Shown here piece by piece: positions 53,396-64,000 of a stretch of DNA of 64,000 bases (the first letter of the stretch is position 1; every line of letters begins with the position of its first letter). The DNA is from Callorhinchus milii. Its lineage: Eukaryota. A program made the translations under genes and the position numbers. The notes under the pieces were generated by a model. The model had not been told where the DNA came from. It saw only the letters and a list, made by a program, of their open reading frames with translations, and searched no databases. The stretch is from positions 104,906,001 to 104,970,000 of the forward strand of contig NW_024704743.1 in assembly GCF_018977255.1 (NCBI RefSeq), given 5' to 3'.

Positions 53396-54684
53396 CTAAA
53401 AAGACAAATAACTACAGTGTTGTTATGCAGCAGTTAACACATGATTTCGCTCAATCCATAAACTAGGGTTCTTAGCAATGTACTATCTCTCAGATGTTTG
53501 GGAATCTGCAATCAAAATATTTTGTGTGGTTATCAAAACATTTTGTGGTTGAGTGTGTGAACTGCTGGCAACACAGCATAGTTACTCTATAGATAGCAAC
53601 AGAATACTTTCCATAAAATGTTAGTGCAAGTTACTGCTTGGCAGTAAGTTAAAATAGACAGCTTGAAGTGAGTTGCCTTATTTAAATCTATTATCCCAAT
53701 GAGCTGTTCGCCTCCAAAATACACAGTCCCTACACTTTACTGTAAATTCTTTGAAGCGCTTTGTAATATCTTCCCGACATTAAATCAAATGCAAGGATTA
53801 TTCTATTTTTATCTATATTATGTTGATGTTTTTCCTGAATAGGTGAGCTGCTGAGAAATAATCCCATACATAGTGACATCCACTGGCAATATCATTCTAT
53901 CAACTATGAAATTGTCAATAAGGCTGATGCCTTGTTTGAACTGCAGTCCAACACTGGTTGCACTGCATTTGTTTTCCGATCCAAAAGAATTAGAATCATT
54001 CATTAACTTGGCAGTTTCAGTATTTTTGCCTCAGGGATAGAAAGCCTGTGGAAAAACCAAATGGCTTTAATATTGCAGCAAACTCCAGAAGATCTATAAT
54101 GAAGCATTTGCCAGTATATTTAGTGGTCATTTAGATGACTCCTCTGAATGCATGTAATCCATGAAATCCATTAGCAAAGCTGTTAAATGGTAATGGCAGC
54201 GGCTCACTTTTCACTGCTTAGAAAGAAGCACACCACATTGGTACTGGGACTGGTGAGTAAAATGTAAAGAAAAGCAGATATTATAAGGTCTATGTACTAA
54301 TGACACTATCACAGTCACTGCAAATCAAGGTCTGTCTGCCTGTTCAGGTAGATGTTCAAGATCCCTTTGCACTATTTGAAACGTCAAGGAAGTGTCTACC
54401 AGTGTCCTAACTGACAATCCTCCAGATGAAATGATGACTGTTTGTCTGACATTGTTGTACAAATTGGCTATCCTATCTACATAAAATAATAATCCTTGCA
54501 ATTGATATAGCACCTTTTGCTCCTGACAGATAACTCAAAGCGTTTCAATGTAAAATGTAGTGACTATATTTTCTAGGTGTATACACAATCGCTACACCTG
54601 GTCGTAATTCACTGCAGTTCATACCCACCAGCGAGCAATAGGAAGTCATGTAACATCTGTATTTGCCAGGGAGCAATAGGGTAT

Positions 54685-55155
54685 AATAATCATAATCCTT
54701 ACATTTGATATAGTGTCTTATCACATCTTCGAGGCAGCTCAAAGCCTTTCACACAATATACTGTGAAGTGAATTGACTGTATATTTTGTGAGCAAAACGC
54801 AGTAGCCAATTGTAAACAGCATTGTCCCAAAACAGTCACGGATTGAGTGACCAAACAATTGTTATTTGTTAAAAATGTTTTGAATGGATTATTACCCCTG
54901 GAAAAGCAATCCTCTAATTGACTGACAACTGGGTTCCTCCTTACTGCAAGGTAAACAGAGGTGTGAGGTAAGAAAACGTGCCTCGCGTTTCACCCAGGAA
55001 TCAAACCCAGGCCCTCTCGCTTGCCACTAAGATAATAATAATCCTTGCATTTGATAAAGCTAGCGCTTTATCACATCTTTGAGACATCTCAAAGCGCTTC
55101 ACAGAAATATACTGTAAAGTGAATTAACTATATATTTTGTGGGTGAAATGCGGCC
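54685..55155 (-). mobile_element. Two adjacent tRNA-SINE copies (near-full-length plus a 3' fragment)
   Basis: Family tail and body motifs start at about 54685 and again at about 55032. Confidence 0.8.
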
Positions 55156-58100
55156 TAAAGCAATGTAAAGGACAATATACAGGCAAATTACATGCATATT
55201 ATTTTGTCTTGAAAATAATATAGCTTAAAACAACCCATACAGGACTCCATGTAACATCTTCCTGAGGTAAGGGATAACACGTGCACTATGTGGTTGAGGC
55301 AAATAGCATCAGAGTATTTTAGAATAAATTTGATGCAATCATGAGGGAGCAGGAAATAGAGAAGTATAGATGAGGGGAATAGGAGAGGGTGGAGGCCTAT
55401 TTGGAGTATTCACACTGACAAGAATGAGTTAGAGTGAATGGCCTATTTCTGTGCAGTATTAATCTATGTGACACCATGTAACATTCTCAACATCATCAAC
55501 TTCTGTTTCTGTTGGTGAAAGGGTTCAAAGGTTTTCCCTTCTCACTAACTTAAATGCATCACTGCAACTTATGTTTGTGAGTAAATTCCACCAGCCTTCC
55601 TTTTAAAATTCGAAGCTTAACTGACTCCTTAAATGCAAACCTTACCTTCAGTTTATTTGTAGGATACACCAATGCTGACATGCTGTAACTTAATGATGAA
55701 AAACATTTCAGGCTGTCCTGCCCTGGATACGCTCTTATTTTTCTTTCCTCGTGTGGGATCTTAGGAAAACCCTGAAGGTTCATATTAAAACACACTGTAA
55801 ATGTATGATTTTCTTGGGAGACTAATTTGCTTGTTATAGGCTATTTGGATTTTCAAAACACAGTAAAGACCAGTGTAGGTCTTTTAATGTTTGTTAATTA
55901 CAGCATTTCTGAAATGCTGTACTCTGTCCAGCGCCTTGGGATGTCCTCCCGACGTGAAAGGCGCTATACAAATGTTATCTTGTTGTTGTTGTTTCTGAAA
56001 GATTTAAAATAAACTGGTGCATAAAATGTAGCTAAATGAATCAGCAGGCATCCAGTCAATAGATCAATAAGACAGTACTAATTAAGTTTAAACCCAAGAA
56101 CTGTGGAAAGCAGAGAAGAAATAAACTGTCTTCCTATGATAGGAAAAAAATAACTTACAGTACAGTAGTGTCATTAGTGTGTAAAGTCCACCTCTATAAT
56201 TTATATAATTAAACTCTCTTGTCAGTGTGTCAAAAAGTATATTTTTCTGAAGTATCTGTTGGTTGAACGGTTGTGTGGTATCATTGTAACTCAAGATCAT
56301 TTACATGTATGGTTTTCTACTGTTTCTGAAAACCTGTGTGTGGATGTATAATGTACAGGATAAATGTAATGCTCCTTTCTGTGAGCAATGTACAGGTCAG
56401 CCCGCTGGGCCCAAGATACAATAAAATGAACATTCCATAGGGAGGATGTCTCAAAGCTCTTCACGATTCTACCTAGGATCCGACTCAAGACAGCTGCCTT
56501 ACCCAGCAGATTTTATAAGTATTCCATCACTCGGATAAAGGAAAGACTGGTCAGCCTGGTCTATTAGCTCAAAGTCCTGAGCTCAGCAGCTGAGAGGATG
56601 GCTCAGGGTTTCTAATCTTTATCATATCCTTTTATTGCTTCTTGCTCCTTTAGGGTGAGCCATGTAAGGCTTGCCCTGGACTTTTATATGGCCAGGCCTC
56701 CTCCCTCACCATTTGGTTTCACCCCTGATCACCCAGTGATTACTTGATATGTTTCCACCTCTTTAAGGTGACAGGCATTTCTCTTAGAACTCAGAAGGCA
56801 GATCATGAGTAGAATCCAGTAACACAGAATCACCTTGCTGTGGAACCACAGGGGTGACCTGAGGTTAGGGGACATCCCTTATCAAAGATAACCCGTTTTC
56901 CTGCCTGCAATTTTACCCATCCTTTAAATCATAACCCACTGTAATGCTGTCCAATAAGATACAAATTTACATTTATTTAGCACCCTTCATGTTGGGAGGA
57001 CATCACAATGTGCTGATAGTAATAATCCTTTGATATATAATCATTTGATATAGTGCTTTATCACGTCTTCGAGAAATCTCAAAGCTCTTCACAGAATATG
57101 TTATAAAGTGTAGCGTCTGTTTATTTTGTGGGAGAAATGGGGCAGCCAATTGTGCACAGCAGTATCCCACAGACATTTGTGGTTTGAGTGATACTTAAGC
57201 TAATGTAGTACTCTGCCCTCATCTTCCTGAACCTATTCCGTGGGATTGTATTCGGTCACTGGTTATTTTGAGTGTGGCTAATGTGAGATTGTAATTTGCT
57301 GTCAAAAAGCACTCATGTTTTTAGTCTACAATGTCAACCTCACTTCTATCTTCCAAATCATTCTGTGGTTACACTACAGTATGTTATGGTACACAGTTTC
57401 ATTTGCATCATTTATTCGGTCCTGGAGACAAGGATTACTTTGTGTATGTTGTCCCTCAGGGCACTCTTTTATTCCTTCTTCACCACAACCAAATTGCATT
57501 AGCCATCAAGTAATTGATGATAACCATAATTAGTGCATACTATATTTTAATCCTCCATTGGTCGCATCCCAGGATTTCCATTGTACAGTATTGTTTCTAT
57601 GTTCATACTAAACATCTGTATGTATTTGACCAGCCATCAGATTCATAACTGGATTCTTCAACCATTAATACTAAACAAAGAAGCTGCAGAAACACAAGAC
57701 TATTTTCTGTATGGAGACCAAAGGTTAGAAATACAATTGTCATGATAGCGAGCTGCAACAGGAGCTGGGAAATAAATACAGTAGATGATTTTTTTTTGTT
57801 GGAACTGAACCCATCACCAGGATAAAGAGAATTCAAACCAAACTGAGAGTTTCACATAAGTATGGCTCCTATTCATGTCTGGACTGGAACGTGCACTCAC
57901 TACCAGGAAAGACACACTCTGCCTACCTACTTCTGGAAAGTATTAGGCATGGTTTGGTGAGAGTTAAGGCTTGGACACATATTACTAGGGAGCTCTGCAT
58001 TGTTTGAGGTACTGTCCTTTTGAGACATTAAACTAAACTGCCAGCTCAGGTGACCATTAAAGCCTTGAGCCACTATTTGAGGAAAAAAGGAGTTTCTCTC

Positions 58101-58429
58101 AGTGTCCTGCAAAAACGTCTCCAGATTAATGATTCACCTCCTGGATGTTTGTGGGACCTTGCTGTGCACAATTTAACTGCCTTGTTTGCTTTCAGAAAAG
58201 TATTTACAGTTGACCATAATTGCAGTGCTTTAAAACATTTCAACATATGAGGCACTGTAAAAATGCAACTTCTTTCTTTCTAACTTGAAAATACATATAT
58301 TATAAAGACCTGAGTTAAATAAATGCATTCTTTCAGCATTAGTTGACATCTCTTCAAAAAAATTCTAAACTTACTATTTGGTTATGCGCATCTGTTAAAT
58401 GCTTTTAACACCCTGTTAAATGCTTTTCA

Positions 58430-58920
58430 TTACCTCACCCCTCACGCTGCTGAAACCCTGGTTCACGCCTTTGTCACCTCAAGGCTGGACTACGGGAACT
58501 CTCTCCTCGCCGGCCTTCCCGCCACCTCCCTCCACAAGCTGCAGGTCATTCAGAACTCTGCAGCTCGTGTACTGTCCCGCACCAGGCTTCGGGACCACAT
58601 CACTCCCACCCTCGCTCGCCTCCACTGGCTCCCCATCCCCCAGAGGATCGAATTCAAGATCCTCATCCTCCTTCAAGGCCGGTCTCAAAACCTTTCTCTT
58701 TGACCGTGCCTTCAGCTCCCCTCTCGACTCTCTTCCCCCTCCTCGCTCCCTCCCTTCCCTCCCCTCACCCTGACCATTTCCCCCCTCCCCACCGCTCCCT
58801 CCCTTCCCTCCCCTCACCATTTCCCCCCTGCTCGGGTCATGACCCAACTGTGCAGCGCCTTGGGACGTCCTCCTGACGTGAAAGGCGCTTTATAAATGGA
58901 ATCTTGTTGTTGTTGTTGTT
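58430..58920 (+). mobile_element. Young L2 LINE 3' fragment with an internal deletion
   Basis: Near-identical to 6997-7866 apart from a ~215-bp deletion. Confidence 0.9.
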
Positions 58921-61014
58921 TCTTTCTTCAATGCTTGGAACAGTTTGTTTTAGTCACCTTCAGCAAAACGTGTTAGGCTGAGCATTTGTGGCACTGGTTT
59001 CAATGAAATGACAGTTTCCCTCACAGGGATTGGATTTCATGCTGGTATAGGTTTAGCAACGCAGGGAAGCAAAAAAAAATTGGCTGAACAATTGGACCCC
59101 TAGGCACTGAAATTATAAAGAGAAGGTTTGTTCTTTTGCCACAGACATGCTCGTGATTTGCCTTTCTAATGTTCCATTGGGCAAGGCTGGTCATACTGCA
59201 TTAATCTGAAGTCTATCAAATGCAAGGATTATTATCATATTATATTAAACGTCCATGCATCTGAGGTGTGGACAATCTTTCAAAGCTCAAGAGCTTATTA
59301 AAAATATATTGTATGCTGACAAATAATTTCAACTTTTAATATAACAACAATAATCCTGACTTTTAATATAATAGTTTAGCACGTTATCGAAACATCTAAA
59401 AAGTGCTAAACATAGTGACTGCATTTTTAGGTACATATGGCAACCAATTAGTGCAAAGCAATGTCCCACGAAACCTATGAAATAAGTGGCCAATTTTATT
59501 TGGGAGATTGTTGGCCAGGATACCAGGAGAAACTCCCTTTTCTTTTTGAAATAGCGCCATGGGATCTTTAACATCCTCCTAAATAGGCAGATACTTCGGT
59601 GTAACATTTTATCTGAAGGATGGTATCTCTGACAATGCAGCATAACTCCAGACTTATATTCAAATGTTATCCAAGACCAATGGTGGCCAACCTCTTTGGT
59701 TGGCCAACACAATAAATGTTTCATTATTGAATATTTCTTGATTTTATGGCATAAATCTATGCTGTTTTGTTACTTCTATGATCATTTTGTTGGACAACCA
59801 AAACATTTAGTAACCACTGCCCTAGATTATCTGAGCTCAAATGCCCAACATGGAGCTTGAACCCACAGCCTTCTGACTCAGGAGAGTGCTACCAAATGAG
59901 CCAGATAAAGTAATAGCATTATGGGATATAATATACAATATATAGTGAGTACTTAAAGCTCTCTCATGATCTGTAGCTCTAGGTAGACCATACTCTCTCA
60001 TCCAATATTATCTGCTGCACATGGTCCCTGGAGAAAGATAACTATAGTTAGCAAAAACTCTGAACTTGACTTGCAAATAATATATAAAAAGAATGCATTA
60101 CATCAGTATTCTTTAAGTCTGTGCAGCAAACTGGGAAAGAGGAGTGATCCCAGCAGTTGTGCCCAACATGGCACCTGCGAACCACAAAAATAGGGGCTCA
60201 AACACAGTGCCAGCCAATTCTTTAAAGTTTCTTAGTGGCTTAAGTTAAAGTTTGAATATTGGCTATTCTGCCCTACTCTACAGGATATTGATGTAACTGA
60301 AATCACTGACCTGAAAAGTTGCTTCGAAAACCGTGGCCTCACGAGGCAGGAATCCCTGATGGCATCTCTCAACCATCTCAGTCGCTAGCAAGTGTGACCA
60401 CTTATTCAAAGGTCAGGGGCAACTATTTCAAAGCACTTTTTAACCTCATTCCTTAATTAAGGAAGAGAATTTGTTTAGCAGTACCATGATTTTGACTCTT
60501 GGATTCTTGGCTATCAGATTTAGAGACAGACACATCAAAGTAATAGCATTATGGGATATAATAATAACATTATAGGATATAGTACATGGGCACTTCGGGA
60601 CATATGTGCAAACGACTGCCAAGAAGGTGGAAGGCGACTCGATGGACCTTGGATCTTTTTTTCGCCTAACTTTTCTTATGTTCTTATATAATGTCATTTG
60701 TTGTCCTTTGTTGTTGTTCTTATGTAAAGTAATGTTGCAGGAAACTGGATGCCTACACTCAATGGATCGTCCCTATGGTGGGATCCCTCTGCCTCCCCCT
60801 CACTGTTTTTATAATCCTTACTGTGACTTAAACTGAGGGGAGACATGACTTCAGACACTGGAAATAATTGCTTAAGATGGGCCTCCATTATATTATGTTC
60901 CTGGCTATCAACTATAGCTAACACTGACTATGATCCTGACTATCCATGCAGAGGGCAAGGAACAGATGAAAGTTCAATAATTGTTTCTTTTTATTTGACA
61001 AAACAAAATGCTAA

Positions 61015-61765
61015 TAATCCTTATATTGATATACCAGCTTTCACGTCATTGAAATATATCAAAGTGCTTCACAGGATAAACTGTGAATTGCAGTGAGCAG
61101 GTAGTTTGTAGACAAATGTGGCAGCCAATTTGCAAATGACAATTTTCCACAAACAATGATAATAATAATGATCCTTGCATTTGATATAGCGCTTTTCTCG
61201 TCGGGAGGACGTCCCAAAGCACTTCACAGAACACACTGTACAGTGAATTGACTGTATATTTGTGGGCGAACGCGGCAGCCAATTGCGCACAGCAATGTCC
61301 CACAAAGAGTCGTAGATTGAAAATGACCAATTTATTATTGTTTTGGGTTTTGGAGGGATTATTATTAGGCGTGTGGAGTAAGGAAACTTGCCCAAGGTTT
61401 TGCCCTGCCTGGAATTGAACTCAGGTCTCTCGCTTGCAAAGCGGGTGCTCTAACCACTGAGCTACAGGACTCCACAAACGGCCATGATGTGAATGACTAA
61501 TTTTATTTGGGGAATTATTAATAATGATAATCCTTGCATTCGATATTAGTGCCTTATCAAGTTTTCAAGAATATACTATAAAATTAATTGACTATATATT
61601 TGGGGACGAAACACGGCAGCCAATTGTACACAGCAGTGTCCCACAAACAGCCATGGATTGAGTGACCAAATTATTTTTTTTGATTGATTTTGAACAGATT
61701 ATTACCCCCGGAAAAGTGTTCCACCAATCGACTAATCCCGGGTTCCTATTTACTGCTAGGTGAAC
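61015..61765 (-). mobile_element. SINE cluster: a young full-length copy (about 61158-61475) nested in an older Deu-type SINE, followed by another copy (about 61520-61765)
   Basis: The young copy is nearly identical to 13781-14099; the direct repeat tccacaaac is at both junctions. Confidence 0.85.
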
Positions 61766-62984
61766 ACTTGTTTACTGCTACTGCTTGTTGGTTTCTAAGC
61801 TCCCATGACCACACAGTCTGCTGATACTCAATATCCAGCCTCACCCGTGAGGAATGGCCACTGCAGTGCTGTATCAGAAAGCAACAAATGGCTCATCTGG
61901 AACTAACCCTCAAAAAGACAAAGCTCTTCCAGAAAAATAGGGTGACAATTCAAGCAATGTTCTGAGCAGCACAGCTAATAGATGAGACCAAGGTTTAGGA
62001 TTGGTTGCTTATCAATATCACAAATCAATATCCCTCAATAACCTCCTATACTGGCAATAAACAAAGCCACTGTACAGTACTATTCCTAGTACAATTGCAC
62101 TTACATCAGAGGCTAACTCTAATTGTGTCCCTGACTAGACTCTGACGTTAATGTCATTCAGTTTTTTTGTTACTGTAATGCTGGCTATTCTATGTTTGGC
62201 CTGTGCTTGACCAGCCTTCCTTCACACAGGCATTTAACGCTCAGCTATTATAGGTTCGGCCTCTTTCTTAATCTTTCTTTAGCTTTGGGAGTTAAGTGTT
62301 AATTATTTCACATTCTCTACAAGACACACTCATTAACAAAGGTCAGTAAAGCTCTGTGCTGGGTGTTAAATTAGTAAATGAGCATCCTTTCACTTCATTT
62401 ACTTTGGCAAGAGCCCACTGCTATGTACTGTAGTAAATTGTCATGTGAAATGATGCTGACACCATAAATAGAAATTTGTGGTTAATATCCAAGGTTTCAC
62501 ATGCAGCTTCTGTACTGCCAATAAGTTTCCCCCGGCTGACAATACCCCAGATAAAATTGGCCATTCACTTCATGCTGTGCGTGGGACATTGCTATGCACA
62601 AATTGGCTGTTGTGATCACCACAAAATACTACATTTTAGTGTATATCCTGTGAAGTGCAGAATATTATCATTATTATTATTATGATTAAAAACCTGAAAT
62701 AAACCTCCTTGTCCCATTCCTTACTTTGAGGCAACATTGAGATGATGTGGCTCCTTTTCCTAGATTTAGCAAATCAATTGCATCAAAACTGTTATAAGGA
62801 CATTTTTATATTTATGTTGTAATGCCATTAAGTACAATAACAATTAATTTGCTACATTTAGAGGATAGAGAAGACAAGCGCTTTGAGATGTCTCGAAGAT
62901 GTAATAAATGTAATAAATAAAAATAATGCAACGATTATTAAAAGCAGAATAACCAGCAGCGAGGCTTAATTTCATTAGGTAAAG

Positions 62985-63000
62985 AGCGCCCTCTGCTGTA
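62985..63000 (-). promoter_or_regulatory. Candidate CTCF site
   Basis: Minus strand TACAGCAGAGGGCGCT versus the CTCF core CCASYAGRKGGCRS (one mismatch), in non-repetitive AT-rich DNA. Confidence 0.4.
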
Positions 63001-63274
63001 CATTGTAGGAAATGCTAGGCTTTAGAATTGCCAATTGCTTCTGGGACCTCACTCAGGTGGCCATTATTCTTGTGCAGTCCTTGACAGTGAGCGTTGGCAA
63101 ACAATTTGAGTTGGAGTTTTGAGTTGGGGGGGGAAGCATCACAGCCAAGCTCAATCCTGTTTTAATGAGAAAGAGACACGGGTATGTATCAGTAGTGGTC
63201 TCTGGAAAGTAATGAAGAGCGGTTCTGTGTCTGCTTTCAGAATCATTCTTCCCCATACTTGTATTGTTAAATCG

Positions 63275-63730
63275 ACAACAACGACAAGTTACATTTATAT
63301 AGTGCCTTTTATGTCAGGAGGATGTTCCAAGTTGCTAGACAGTCAGGGCAGGAGGTCACAGAAGTAGGGGAGAGTAAGGCCATGGAGGGCTTTAAATGTG
63401 AGGACCAGGATCTTGAACTGTATCCTCTGAGTGATGGGGAGCCAGTGGAGCTGAGCAAGGATGGGGGTGATAGGATCACGGAGCCTGATGCGGGAGAGGA
63501 CCCGAGCTGCAGAGTTCTGGATGGTCTCTTGCCTATGGAGGGAGGAGTTGGGGAGGCTGGCAAGCAGGGAATTTGCGAGGTCGAGCCTGGATGTGATGAA
63601 TGCGTGGATGAGGGACCAGGCGGCCTGTTATGTGAGACAGTGGTGGAGCCGAGCGATGTTGCAGAGGTAGGAAAAGGAAATAGCGGGTCATGGCACGGAT
63701 GTGGGGATGAAGCACAGTTGACAGTCGAAC
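63275..63730 (-). mobile_element. Degenerate L2 LINE 3' fragment
   Basis: L2 tail plus ORF2 C-terminal similarity; internal deletion. Confidence 0.8.
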
Positions 63731-64000
63731 AGATCTTTGGGTTATAGGGTTAACCGGAGCTGAGTGAGATGACTCCTTGGCCCCAGTGACTGGTCTGCTC
63801 TTCCGGGTCCTGTCGATGAGTCAGGCTGGCTTTGCTGTCACCAGCAGTGCCCTGGAATACTGCGGACCCACCTAGCTCAGGAACCGGACCCCCGCCACCG
63901 CCATAGAGGGCTGGCTCGATTCCAATATTTCGTTCCCAGGCGTGTCATCCTGGAGGCAATTGAGCTCCAAGACGACCCCACTTATCTCCCCTCTTGCGAG

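Noticed and set aside
37700..64000. Exons of a neighbouring gene upstream of PCMTD1
   Set aside because: I found no recognisable non-TE coding sequence; short exons could be missed without alignment.

Overview
Vertebrate genomic DNA, not prokaryotic. The repeat content (young L2 LINEs, CR1 LINEs, tRNA-derived Deu-domain SINEs) suggests a cartilaginous fish; this is an inference. The only protein-coding gene I can support is PCMTD1 on the minus strand. It has five coding exons with canonical, phase-compatible GT-AG junctions: 12156-11850, 8081-7979, 6662-6491, 5488-5365 and 3721-3336, totalling 1092 nt (363 aa + stop). A probable non-coding first exon and CpG-rich promoter lie at about 34.7-35.06 kb, between three tandem-repeat arrays. 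The rest is intronic or intergenic DNA dense with retroposon fragments, and almost all ORFs in the supplied track are LINE debris or repeat artefacts. I found no novel multi-gene system. The most interesting observations are: (i) a SINE copy at about 53.2 kb carrying a strand-specific A-to-G cluster with ADAR-like neighbour preference; (ii) two near-identical inverted L2 ends flanking PCMTD1 exons 4-5, a circRNA/dsRNA-prone arrangement; (iii) a 107-nt near-perfect intronic hairpin at 30.1-30.2 kb; (iv) the satellite-embedded promoter with adjacent Forkhead and CLEAR/USF motifs. Repeat boundaries were read by eye and are approximate.
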